Assembly (NCBI GenBank): GCA_043228905.1
Contig: JBHGNT010000009.1
Location: 14,012,001-14,076,000 of the forward strand
Direction: 5' to 3'
Source of the DNA: Azolla caroliniana
Lineage: Eukaryota > Plantae > Polypodiophyta
Length of the DNA: 64,000 nt
Part shown: positions 27,857 through 39,980 of the stretch, piece by piece
How positions within the stretch are numbered: the first letter of the stretch is position 1
Layout: every line of letters begins with the position of its first letter
Translations under genes and position numbers: made by a program
Notes under the pieces: generated by a model
The model's input: only the letters and a program-made list of their open reading frames with translations
What the model was told of the DNA's origin: nothing
The model's database searches: none

Positions 27857-28728
27857 AATGTTGCAAGGACATGTGCTACATTTGAATGAAGATTCTCTAT
27901 ATCTTGATTGGACATTTGTGGGGGGGAACAACTTAAGTATGGTTTCAATGACTGAGGTTTATCATACAATTATTGGGAAACATATGTGGTTAGAAAATAG
28001 GGTAATTAAGGTATGGTCTTTCCATAGGCCAACAATTTGGTGGAAAAATGTACTTCAGAAGGGTTGGTGTTCACATTTGTCATTTAGAGCGAAGGTGTTT
28101 ATTTGGAGGGTTAAGGTTGGTGGATTGCCATTGGGTGATGCTTTATGCAAAAGAAAAATTACTCGTGGTTTCTGTTTCTTTTGTACGGTGGAAGTAGAGC
28201 ACAGTCGACATCGATTTATTTCATGTCCTGTTACAAAGATGGTTTGGAAGTTTATCAATGCAATATGGATGTCCTTGACAGGAGTGATACAATCTCCTTT
28301 CAAATGGGTTTTTGCACAAGTGGAATTAGGAGGTCTTTCACCTTCTTTTCAGATTATTTTGGATTATTTGAGGTATTATGGGGTTTGGTTTATTTGGCAT
28401 ATGCGAAATGCTTTTATATTTGATGAACAAAGGGGAGTACATTGTTATGTGTTGAGATTGAAGGGGTTCCTTTTATGGCAATTTTCATTGTTGGAGATGT
28501 CAAGCATATTCAATCATGAAGAGAGACAAGTATATAAGTTAGTTGGACATCACATTCGTCATTTGGTCTGATAAGAAAGGTTAGGGGATGTCGAGAGACA
28601 TATTCATGGTTTGTAAAGATATGAATATGTATCTCTCTATGTAGATATGTAAAGTTGACTTACAAGTTGTAATAGGGGTTTTTTTACATGCAATTAATAT
28701 AATTGTGTTGTTGTACCAAAAAAAATAA
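27857..28728 (+). mobile_element. 5'-truncated L1-like LINE with A-tail and 17-bp TSD
   Basis: zf-RVT peptide CFFCTVEVEHSRHRFISC; stop at 28571; A-rich tail about 28718-28728; TSD agagagattatattatc at 27840-27856 and 28729-28745. Confidence 0.9.
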
Positions 28729-28834
28729 AGAGAGATTATATTATCGTCTTCAAAGGTTAAATATGACCTATAAGACCAAAAATATTACATTTCACATGAC
28801 ACATGTGAAATTGAGTAGCGACTATAAATATTCA

Positions 28835-29075
28835 AGGACTTTACCAATGAATGTTGCAATCAAGAGTGCACATTGTGGTTGTGAGAGAAATTCGTGCAAG
28901 GATTGGGCTTGGTCGAATATGATCAAAGGCATAGCATTGTATCAAAGTGTGATAGTACTCTGACTCTCGAACTTGTTTAGGGCAAAGTGTGCACTGCCGA
29001 CCACTCTCATCACTTGTGCCCCAATGCCCCGTCTCACATCGCAATGCATGTGAGCTAAGTCGCATGGAAGCAATG
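28835..29075 (-). pseudogene. Non-L1 LINE ORF2 C-terminal fragment (RTEX or L2/CR1-group-like)
   Basis: RLSSHALRCETGHW...CTLC...ESEY.H.LIQC motif. A likely upstream piece of the same kind of element lies at about 30800-30990 (-). Confidence 0.6.
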
Positions 29076-29868
29076 GTTCAAATGGTAGATAACAGGATGG
29101 GTTCTAAGATGTATCAATGTGTACGGTTTCCCCATTCTTATCTTAATATTGATTAATCTAATAAAATACATTATACTCATGGGATTCACGAGGTTTTTAT
29201 ATCTCTTTCTTATAATCTACTCATAATTAGATTGCCTCAAATTCTTCCTCCTCCTAGTCCAAAACCCCAGCGGTTCCCACCCGACTCACGCAATGATCCA
29301 GCGCCGAAAGGCACGACACATTTAGCTACTACAAGTTATTTATTAATATTAAAATTATTTTCATTTATATTAGCCAATTTCGCGAAGTTTCGCGTGCATG
29401 TGTCGCTCGAACGGGACCGTCAGGCCTTGGACCGGGGAGACAAAAGAAGTGAGGATAGTAGGAGATTATGATGTCAATGACATGGGAAAAATATATATAG
29501 TTTAGATATAAAATAGGCTTTAAACAACAATTAGGCTTAATACCATGATTTTGGTGGGGTTTTTTTACATAGAATTGGTTTCATGATTAATAAAAATAGC
29601 TATGAATCAAAACAGGTTTTTATTTTCTTTAGAATTGCTAAGCTTGAACCACGATTTAGGTGGTTTTTACAACAATGGGTTATGAGATTATCAAAGGCTA
29701 AAATAATCTAGAGAAGTCGAGTCTAGTGGACTCCGAGCTCGATTCAGAGTAGCCCTCGTGCCACTACAACCTCCTTTCCGCAACGACCATTGAGTTGACT
29801 ACCACCGAGATGCCGAAGAAGTTGATGTATAAGGAATCCAAGCCCTAAAATATCTCGAGTAAGAAGTA

Positions 29869-30189
29869 TGTTGAGAGATCAAGCTCAACTTAGTTTAGTT
29901 AGTTAGTCAACCATGTAACTTCGTAGTTACCTAGATAGAATCTAGTTAGAAGTGTTGACTATAACGACTTAAATAGGACCTTGTACTTAAGTAGGATATT
30001 CTAGATCCTCCACTCCCAAGGTCATTTAATATAGGACTTACACGGTTGTACCTATATTCTCCTCACACATGTGCACCCTTGCACATGAGAGCTATATATA
30101 CCTCATTGATGGTATTTTTGTATTGGATGATGATGATGATGATAATGCTAATTTAACATACTTACTCATCCCCCATCTTGTGTTGTTCA

Positions 30190-30220
<31 letters not shown>

Positions 30221-30328
30221 TCCTCTCACACACATACACACACATATCACATAGTCTTCCACTTATCACTTAATCACATAATTAGGTACTAATTAATCCT
30301 TGCTTAATTACTTACCTAATTCTTAACA
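29869..30328 (+). mobile_element. Solo LTR related to the copia LTR at 61402
   Basis: TGTTGA...TTAACA termini; TSD AAGTA (29864-29868 and 30329-30333); start shares gatcaagctcaactt with 61402. Confidence 0.85.
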
Positions 30329-31119
30329 AAGTATAATAGAGGCAAAACTCTCAAACCTGAAAATCCTAACTCCTCTAGTATGTTAAGGAGAAAAGAAGAA
30401 AAGTAGAAAGAAGCTCTTAAACCCTAACCCTAGAAGGAAAAAAAGAAGGAGAAAGGGAGGCTATAAACCCTAACCCAAGAAGAAGAGGAGAAGAAGATGA
30501 AACCCTAGTGGTACACCCCTAAGCCAAAATGGGCGACCTATAATAAGCCCTACTCCTCCCCTCTTATAGAGGAAAGAGGCGCCTATTTTAACATTACATG
30601 CTTTTATTTTATTTCCTTTATCACAAAAAATGGAAGGGGAGCAAAATACTCCTTTATTTGTAGCAATAGAGACTTCAACTCCACACCTCTCTACATATAC
30701 TTATAAGCCTTAACCACTAAGCTACTATAACCTATATATTATTATGATTATTTATTTATTTATATATTATTTCATGAGATGTGCATGGAACTTCGCTTTT
30801 TCTCACACTGCACATGCCACACCACGACACCGGAACACAAAATTTTGCTTTTATGCGTCTTTTGGACCTTTTTGTTTGCTTCCCATGCAATTCTAAGAAG
30901 TCGATGTGAGGGGCTTTTTTGAACCTTAAGCATGTATTCAACAATCCTTTCCATGACCATTATCTCAATGGGAAGCGAATCCCGTCTCAAGGAGGAGGGG
31001 GTAAAGAGAGAGAGAGAGAGCGAGAGAGAGAGCGAGAGATTAAGTACACGATGCATGAACTTATTAAGCAAAATAAGGGATCATAATACAATAATTTTAC
31101 GGAGGAAGATTGGTTTATA

Positions 31120-32307
31120 TGTGAAATGCACATAAGAGATCAAAACTAGCCTACTTAGCTTCTTACTTCTTGCTCAATTTATAGTTGATACAAAGGTACC
31201 CATTTGGGTTGGCTTAACTAAAAAGGGTGTGCTAAACGGGCGGCACAAAGGAACACATACACACCACATTTCCCTCCTGAGAGAAACAAGAGATTGAGGA
31301 GTAGGAACAGGAATAGGAACAAGAGTAGTGGCTTGTCAAAGGAAGGGGAGCATCTGTTGGAGATAGAGCTCCCAAGTGGCACTATCCATGTTGGCAGGTT
31401 TCAAATGGACATCAATGGACGATTTTGGTGGGAGGCGAGGGTTACGCCCATAGAGTGCTCGAAAAGGGTTGATCTGTGTCGAGGCCTGTATGGATGTATT
31501 GTAGGCGTGGGTAACAAAAGGGAAGATTTGATCCCAGGTTTTGTAGCATGGATTGATGTAAGCAACAATCTCCTTCTTGAGGGTCTTGTTGAGGCGTCCG
31601 ATGAGGCCATTTGTCTGAGGATGGTATGGGGATTTAAACACCTGTTGGACACTAGTTGAGTTGCAATGACGTTGAGGACATCCCCGTGGAACTAGCGGCC
31701 CTGATAAGATAATAGTTGGACGGGGCTAGTGACGAAAAACGAGCTAGCAATTGGCGGATAGAGATCAATCACTCATGTGGACTGAGGGCCACTTGGACTT
31801 GGCTGAGGTGGGGCACATGAGGGCTATCGTGTAGGAGGGGAATCAGGGGAAGATCAATTGGCGGAGAAAGTTCAATTGCTCCTATGAATTGAGGGCCACC
31901 TGGACTTGGCTGAGGTGGGGGACGAGAGGGCTATCGTGTCGGAGGGGGATTGGGGAAAGATCGATTGGCGAAGAAAGATCAATCGCTCATTTGGATTGAG
32001 GGCCACTTGGACTTGGCTGAGGTGGGGAATAGGAGGGCTATCGTGTAGGACAGGGATCAGAGAAACTCGTGGGACAAGAAGTTAGTGGACAACCTAAGGT
32101 GAGGGGGGAGAGGTGGATGCTTGGATGTGGGGGGCTGGTACCCCACATTTCCACCAATATGTGAAATGCACATAAGAGATAAAACCAACCTACTTAGCTT
32201 CTTAATTCTTGCTCAATTTATAGTTGATACAAAGGTACCCATTTGGGTTGGCTTAGCTAAAAAGGGTGTGCTAAAAGGGTGGCACAAAGGAACACATGCA
32301 CACCACA
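31120..32307 (-). mobile_element. Miniature gypsy-derived LTR element (1.19 kb) with integrase remnant
   Basis: About 148-bp LTRs at 31120-31268 and 32160-32307 (TG...CA); flanks TTATA/ATATA; PBS ccccacatttccacca 32141-32156; PPT next to 31269; SPYHPQTNGL...AYNTS...PFRALYGR; three 107-bp internal repeats at about 31760-32060. Confidence 0.85.
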
Positions 32308-33029
32308 ATATACTACCTTTCTATATGTACTCTCATAAAATCATAAATCAAACTTTTATGAGGGGGTATCATATAATATCCCTATACATTGAATATAAAG
32401 GATATATTCCCTTACATACCCCCTTATGACAAGGGTGAACTTTACACATGTTCTCTAATGAGTGTGTCCACACACAAAGTGTGAGCTTGACTTCTCTAGC
32501 CATAGCCTAAGGGCCAATGTAAAAGGACTATTATTTTAATGGATTAAAAGGTACCATACCATATAATCAAGAAACCCGGGTATCCTATGACTTGGAATAA
32601 CTCATAAAGGCCTGGGACACGTGGGAACATGTGATGGTATGGGCGGCCAAGGAGTTACAATTAGCTACTTCCTTCTACATACATGACATCTCAAATATAT
32701 TCTTGAGGTGGTATGCGAGGTGAGGTGTGTTGTTGTATTATTCTCTTGGCCTATACATACCTATATATAGGTTGGTGGTGGTGAAGTTTGTAGTGTTGTT
32801 TAACACCCAATTTGAGAAGCTGAAAGTTGTACACATACATATACGTACACGTATATGTATGTATGTATGTAGCTGGTATTGTTATTACATATAGAGGAGA
32901 AACAAGGGAATGGAATTGTAAGCAGCAGAGCAAGACAGGATAGGAAGGCAAATGAAGAGAGCATATGCCAGAGAGTAGAGAGATCAGAGAGGAGAGGAGT
33001 TTATTTGGGGGGTAAGTAGGTTAATGATG

Positions 33030-33212
33030 GTCTATAGATATGTATGTATGTATGTATCAGTATGTATGTATGTGGCGAATGGGGGGAGACAGGAGAGGAG
33101 GGAGGATGTTGATTGATGTATATACATACATGATGATACATACTGATGTGTGTGTGTGTGTGTTTGCTGCTGCAGACTCAGAGTAGACTGGCCTTACTGT
33201 TTTACACACGCG

Positions 33213-33264
<52 letters not shown>

Positions 33265-33767
33265 CTCTCTCTCTCTCGTATTGCACACTCTGACTGACAT
33301 TCGGACTGTGACTGACTGACTCACCTAAAATCAAAGAAATAGGAAAAGGAGAAGAGTCACGTGCCCTAAAAACCAGAGGGCTCCTGGTGCTAAATTATAT
33401 TTCTTTTTGGGGGGGGGGGGGGGTGAAGAGGGTGGGGCCCTTTCCCCTTCCTTTCCTTCCATTCCTTCCTTCCTTCCTTCCTTCCTTCCTTTAAAGTCCT
33501 TCTTTTCCTTTTCCTTTTCCTTTTCCTTTCCTTCCTGTTCCTGTTGCTGTTGCTATTACTGTTGCTGTTGATGCTGCTGCTCTCGTATCATCCTCTCCCG
33601 CAATTCAAGCAATACATTTTACATACATATTCCATTCCATTGATGATTGATTGGTGGGAGCGGGGAGAAACCCTCGTGATGGCCCACGTGACCTCTATCC
33701 CCTCCCTCCCCCCCCCCCCCCCCCCCCCCCCGTCTCTTTTTTCTGCATACACACACACACACACACA

Positions 33768-33807
<40 letters not shown>

Positions 33808-33950
33808 GCAAACATGAACCCAAACAGAAAGAGATTACAAACCAAAACACCAACACACACTCCCGTCCCCTCAGGGTTTGATTCCTCAAACCAAACAACC
33901 CATACCCACAATACAGGAGGAGGAGGAGGAGGAGGAGGAGGCGGAGTCAC
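33030..33950 (+). promoter_or_regulatory. Microsatellite-dense putative promoter/5' leader of the phytochrome gene
   Basis: (TATG)n, (CG)n(CA)n(CT)n, G-run, (TTCC)n, C-run, (CA)n(CT)n and (GGA)n tracts, with CACGTG G-boxes at 33358 and 33685. TSS not determinable. Confidence 0.5.
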
Positions 33951-34332
33951 ACAGAGTTTGTGAATAATTTCCTCACACACAACAGATTAATGGCTACTGC
34001 CTCAGATTTATAATATCCAGCCGTGTTCTTAAGCCGCCATTCTGACAAATTATTTATGAAACTCCACATTCCTCCTCCCTTGTTTTCAAAACATTCATGT
34101 GGAATTCCTCCTGTGTAGGTGATGGTGGTAGTAGGAGTAAGAGGAGGAGGAGGAGGAGGAGGAGGAATAGTAGTAGTACTCGGAATACAAACACACAGAC
34201 ACATACGTACTGCAGCATGCCATAAGCCCTGATTATAGAGAGAGCAGCAGAGCACACGGAGAAAACAACAGACAGGACAATAGACTTTCTTGGGGGCAGA
34301 CATACAATAACTTGTACCCACCTCAAAAGACC

Positions 34333-36400
34333 ATGGCTACGAAGCAGTCGTCTTCAGGAAGCTCAGTGCAGAGGTCGAGGCAGAATCGGAGGGCAGTGGC
34401 TCAGACCACCGCAGATGCGCATCTACACGCAGTGTTTGAACAATCTGGAGACACTGGGAGCTCCTTCGATTACACACATTCCATTGATGCCAGCAGGTCT
34501 TATACCAGCGGGAGTATGCCAGCTCAAGAAGTGACTGCTTATTTGCAAAGAATGCAAAGGGGTGGTCTTATCCAACCCTTTGGTTGCATGTTGGCTGTTG
34601 AAGAAGATAACTTCCGCGTTATTGCTTTCAGTGAGAATGCACCTGAAATGCTGGATGTCCTTACCCAGACTGTCCCCACTGTGGGTATGAGAGAAATTCT
34701 CCGGATTGGGGTAGATGCCCGGTTGCTCTTCACCCCATCCAGTGCTGCTTCCCTTGAGAAAGTGGTTGGTGCTGTGGATGTGTCCATGCTAAATCCTATC
34801 ACAGTATATTGTCGAAGATCTGGGAAACCTTTCAATGCTATTGTTCATCGTATTGATGTTGGCTTAGTTATAGATTTCGAGCCTCTGAAGGGTGCGGACA
34901 TGGCGGTGTCAGCTGCCGGTGCTCTTCAGTCCCATAGGCTTGCTGCCAAGGCTATTTCTAGATTGCAAGCACTACCTGTTGGAGATATTAACCTCCTGTG
35001 TGATGCAGTTGTGGAAGAGGTCCGTGAACTCACAGGATATGACCGAGTGATGGCGTACAAGTTCCACGAAGATGAACATGGGGAAGTTGTGGCTGAGATT
35101 CGAAAGTCTGATATGGAGCCATACCTTGGGTTGCACTACCCAGCCACCGATATTCCTCAAGCCTCACGTTTCCTGTTCATGAAGAACAGGGTAAGGATGA
35201 TATGCGATTGCCGAGCTGTAGCAGTGAGAGTAATTCAGGACAGAGAACTTCGGCAACCTCTTAGCTTAGCTGGTTCCACGTTACGAGCTCCTCATGGTTG
35301 TCATAGCCAGTACATGGAGAACATGGGATCTATTGCTTCCTTGGTCATGGCTGTGATTGTGAATGACAACGAGGAATCTGAAAGCAGTAATCGGAGCAAT
35401 CAACAACAAGCACAACAACCTAGGATGAGGAAACTTTGGGGTCTTGTGGTATGTCATCATACGACAATGAGAGCTGTTGCCTTTCCTCTCCGATCAGCAT
35501 GTGAATTCCTCATGCAAGTATTCGGTCTTCAGTTGAACATGGAAGTCGAGCTCGCTGCACAGATGCGAGAGAAGCACATATTGCGAACACAAACACTCTT
35601 GTGCGATATGCTTCTTAGAGATGCACCAATTGGCATCGTCTCAGAATCTCCAAACATCATGGATCTTGTCAAATGTGATGGGGCTGCTCTCTACTACGGA
35701 AAAAAGTATTGGCTTCTTGGAACGACTCCAACTGAGGACCAAATCAAAGACCTCGCAGAATGGCTTCTTGATGTTCATAGGGATTCGACGGGTCTTAGTA
35801 CAGATAGCCTCAGTGATGCTGGATATCCTGGTGCAGCTAGCTTAGGAGATGCTGTGTGTGGAATGGCTGCTGCCAAAATTACATCCCGAGACTTTCTGTT
35901 TTGGTTCCGGTCTCACACCGCAAAGGAGATACAATGGGGTGGAGCAAAGCATCACCCAGACGATAGGGATGATGGTAGAAAGATGCATCCAAGGTCCTCA
36001 TTCAAGGCCTTCTTGGAAGTGGTTAAAAAGAGAAGTCAGCCATGGCAAGATGTTGAGATGGATGCGATCCATTCCTTGCAATTGATATTGAGGGGATCTT
36101 TTCAAGATATTGATGACAGTGACACAAAGACGATGATACATGCGAGGCTTAATGATCTCAAGCTTCAAGGGATTGATGAGTTGAGTACTGTTGCGAATGA
36201 GATGGTTCGGCTGATCGAAACAGCCACCGCACCTATCTTTGCTGTTGATGTAGGGGGATATATCAATGGATGGAATGCCAAAGTTGCAGAATTGACAGGC
36301 CTTCTGGTTGAAGAGGCAATGGGGAGATCCTTGGTAGGGGAGCTGGTTGTCGATGAGTCTGCACATACTGTGGATAGGTTACTGTGTCTAGCCTTACAAG
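34333..36400 (+). CDS. PHY: Phytochrome exon 1 (NTE-PAS-GAF-PHY and start of PAS1)
   Basis: [56 protein letters not shown] (bilin-binding Cys codon 35299-35301) and MHPRSSF; GT donor at 36401. Resembles the fern PHY2/PHY4 clade. Confidence 0.97.
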
Positions 36401-36596
36401 GTCAGAAGCAAAAGGAAGTTTAAATGTCACACATTTCGAGTAGTGTTATTGAGAGAGAGAGAGAGAGAGAGAAGGGGAAGGGGTTAGGGTTTAGATAAAG
36501 AGGGGGACAGATTGTATCCCAGAGGATGTATTATATATATATATATATCATAAAAAGTCACCTCATTGCGTCTTTTTTCTGACTGGAACCTTGCAG

Positions 36597-37416
36597 GAGA
36601 TGAGAAACAAAATGTGGAGATTCAGTTGAAAACTTATGGTGACCAAGCAGAGAACGGGCCTATTATATTGGTCATCAACACATGCTCAAGTCGAGACTTC
36701 ACCGAAAATGTGGTTGGGGTTTGCTTTGTGGGTCAAGATGTAACAAGGCAGAAAGTGGTGATGGACAAGTTTACACGCATTCAAGGCGACTACAAGACCA
36801 TTGTGCAAAACCCTAATCCTCTGATACCCCCGATCTTTGGAGCAGATGAGTTTGGTTATTGTTCTGAGTGGAATCCAGCCATGGACAATTTATCGGGTTG
36901 GAAAAGAGAAGAAGTTATCGGTAAGATGCTCATAGGGGAAGTATTCGGAACAGAGCCCAGCTCATGTTGCAGGCTAAGAAGTCAAGACTTTATGACAAGG
37001 TTCATGATAGTACTCAATACAGCAATGGGAGTCAAGGACTCAGAAAACATCCCTTTCGGCTTCTTTGACCGGAACAATAAGTACGTAGATGCGCTCTTGA
37101 TTGTACATAAACGAACCGATGGTGAAGGGGTAACGACAGGGGTCTTTTGCTTCCTCCACACAGCAAGTCCCGAGCTTCAACAAGCTTTACAAGTCCAGAA
37201 ACAATCTGCAAGGATTGCTTTAGAAAGGCTGAAAGAAGTAGCTTACATGAAGCAAGAGATAAGAAATCCCTTGTATGGGATCATGTTTACAAGGAAATTG
37301 ATGGAGAGCATGGATCTCAGTGAACCCCAGAGACAGATACTGGAGACCAGCGCTCTCTGCGAGCGGCAGCTGCAGAGGATCCTAGATGAGGAGAATTTTG
37401 AAAAGCTTGATCAAAG
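36597..37416 (+). CDS. PHY: Phytochrome exon 2 (PAS repeats and HisKA-like domain)
   Basis: ttgcag acceptor; VVGVCFVGQDVT, NPNPLIPPIFG and YMKQEIRNPLYGI; GT donor at 37417; phase is consistent. Confidence 0.96.
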
Positions 37417-38095
37417 GTAACTACTCAATCCTCACCCACACACAACAACAAAGAAGAAGAAGAAGAAGAATTTATCTCAAAGTTTTCAAGTTTTCTCTTT
37501 CTGATATCTTTCTTTCTAAGAAAACAAGAGAGGGATCATCTTTCTCAAAGTTTTCAAGTTTTCTTGGGGATTTCTTCAAATGTTTCTGAAAAACAAAGAT
37601 TATATTTCTGGAACTCGGTTTTTTCTTTTTGTAATTGCTTGCACATACGTTTTAAATTTTATACAGTAGTGGTTGCTTAGATGAAATGGCAGTTTTCATG
37701 CATACAAGGATCTTCGTGGTATTAGGGCTTACATTAATACCCAATAAGTACTTGTCAGAGGAAGTTTTCTTTTGTTTCGTATAAGGAAGCTCAGAGAATT
37801 GTGCAGAAGAATGAATAAAGATTTGTTAAAGCTAGCAATGATGAATAAATGCAATTTTCTTAAAAGCATCAGGTGATGCAGAAGACGTGCAAGAGAGATA
37901 ATCACTGCTGAAGAATTTTAACAAAAGCAGAATTTTTCGTTGAGCATCAATGCTTCCTTCATGTGACATAAAAATGTTTCATATCGTTTGAAAGGAATTT
38001 GCTAAAATGGACCAGCTTTCTTAGCCTCTTCTAAATACTAGTTTTTTGCTGCTGTATGTTGATTGCTATGTGAGTAATGTATTTGTTCACCTCAG

Positions 38096-38389
38096 CAACA
38101 TTGAGCTGGAGACTCTGGAGTTCAACATGGGCACAGTGATGGATGCGGTAATGAGCCAAGGCATGATTAGGTCTCGAGAGAAAGGTCTTCAAGTTATTCG
38201 TGAAATGCCAGCCGACATGAAAAGCACGAGTGTCTTTGGGGATCAGCTACGGTTGCAACAGGTGCTCGCCGACTTCCTCACAACTGCGGTGAGGTTCACA
38301 TCGTCATCAGATGGGTGGGTCGGGATCAACGTGAACCTGACCGTGAAGAACATGGGAGATGTCCTTCGTGTTGTTCATTTTGAGTTCAG
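38096..38389 (+). CDS. PHY: Phytochrome exon 3 (HATPase-like)
   Basis: ctcag acceptor; FGDQLRLQQVLADFL; GT donor at 38390. Confidence 0.95.
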
Positions 38390-38532
38390 GTATAAAATTT
38401 AAAACTCAACCCCATTCTTAGAACTGTATTCTGGTGAGAAAAGCAGCAAAATTAGGAGCGTTTCAGTGAAGAAAAACCCAACAAGCTCCCTAGGGATACT
38501 AACCACAAATTTGATATTGGTTTGACTAATAG

Positions 38533-38773
38533 GGTATCACATCCAGGGTCTGGAATCCCCGAGGACTTGGTTCAACAAATGTATGATAGGTCACAAGAAG
38601 TGACACAAGAAGGGATGGGTCTCAGTGTTTCGAGGAAGCTGTTGAAGTTGATGAATGGGGATGTGAAGTATGTACGAGAGCCGGAGGCTGGGGTATGTTG
38701 CTTTGTTGTACATGTAGAGCTGCCCCTTGTGCAAACGGATGATGAAGCTGCCAAAGGCCTAGAGTTTTTGTAG
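38533..38773 (+). CDS. PHY: Phytochrome exon 4
   Basis: aatag acceptor; HPGSGIPEDLV and TQEGMGLSVSRKLLKLMNGDV; TAG at 38771-38773. Exons sum to 2068+820+294+241 = 3423 nt = 1140 aa plus stop. Confidence 0.95.
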
Positions 38774-39015
38774 TGTGTTTGCTAATTATAGCTCCCCCTC
38801 CCCCTCCCCCCTCCCCCCTCCCCCCTCCCCCTAGTCTAAGCAAATCTTTCGTACCTATATCTATATAAACTGACTATTATCGTTTCCATTTCAATAGAAC
38901 AAGAGTTTATCAACCCATACAGATTTTTGCATTGGGCTTCTTCTTTGGGATGTTTCTTTCGTTCTTCTCATTGGGGTTGGGCATGAACAATGAGGTGGTT
39001 CATCCTATTCTTCTT

Positions 39016-39059
<44 letters not shown>

Positions 39060-39807
39060 CATGCCCAATTCTCGTAGTTAAACATCTAATCCACTTCACT
39101 CTCATTGCCCCATTCGTCCCATTCGTTGGCATAGGATCTGTGTAGAGGATTGTTACTTGCCCTCTTTCATCATTACACATTCTCATCCTCTTTCACCACA
39201 TTGTGATTTAGTATGTTTAGCAGCTCTCCATGTGTTCTCATCAAGTTCTTGTCCTTAAACGTCTTCTATCCTTTATTATAAGTTCCTCTTTCTTTCTTTG
39301 CTCTCCCTTACAAATCTTGATGCATGCATCTGAAGCTTTATCAATTATGTGATTATGTCTCTTTATCATGAAATTGTGTCGCCTCTCCCCAATGAAGAAC
39401 TACGTTTCAAATTGTCCCTAGCTATGGCACACCAACAGAAATTCCTCCATATCCCTATAAACTAGATTTCTATAAGGGAGATCTTGAGTATTGTGGCCAA
39501 TATTATGTGCACAAACTTGTGATTAAGAACATGGTTGGATTCAATATATAATAATAATAATAATAATAATCACATTAGTTCTAGAATACATTTTATAAGT
39601 AATGACAGTGCTTGATTACAAAACTTTATGTTGTACATGCAGCATCAATTAAGAGTTGATTGCAATGCTAGATCATAATATAGGGATGATAACTTGAGAC
39701 AACTTGCATTGCAAAGTTATGACCTATCTACTCATTTCCTGCAAAGTTTCTACAATTCTATTTTTTGGGATGGGTGCATAGGTTTCTTGTATTTTGTTTT
39801 GAATCTT

Positions 39808-39980
39808 TTTGTTGCCTAAATGAGGTTTACTGTGTTAATTTAGCACAATAATCTTCTTGTTGCCTAGATGAGGTTTACTGTGTTAATTTAGCACAATAAT
39901 CTTCTTGTTGCCTAGATGAGGTTTACTGTGTTAATTTAGCACAATAATCTTGTTGCCTAGATGAGGTTTACTATGTTAAT
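39808..39980. repeat. About 48-bp tandem repeat, about 3.5 copies
   Basis: gttgcctagatgaggtttactgtgttaatttagcacaataatc at about 39811, 39859, 39907 and 39952. Confidence 0.9.

Noticed and set aside
33057-34326. Short ORFs upstream of PHY
   Set aside because: They are translations of microsatellites (poly-P, poly-G, CV and ER repeats).
36480-36493. Telomere-like agggttagggttta (also aaaccctaa near 30419-30475)
   Set aside because: Only one or two units; at most a telo-box, not an interstitial telomere.
34333-38773. Neochrome or another chimeric photoreceptor
   Set aside because: No LOV (NCRFLQ) or Ser/Thr kinase motifs; the C-terminus is the canonical PAS-PAS-HKRD with standard introns.
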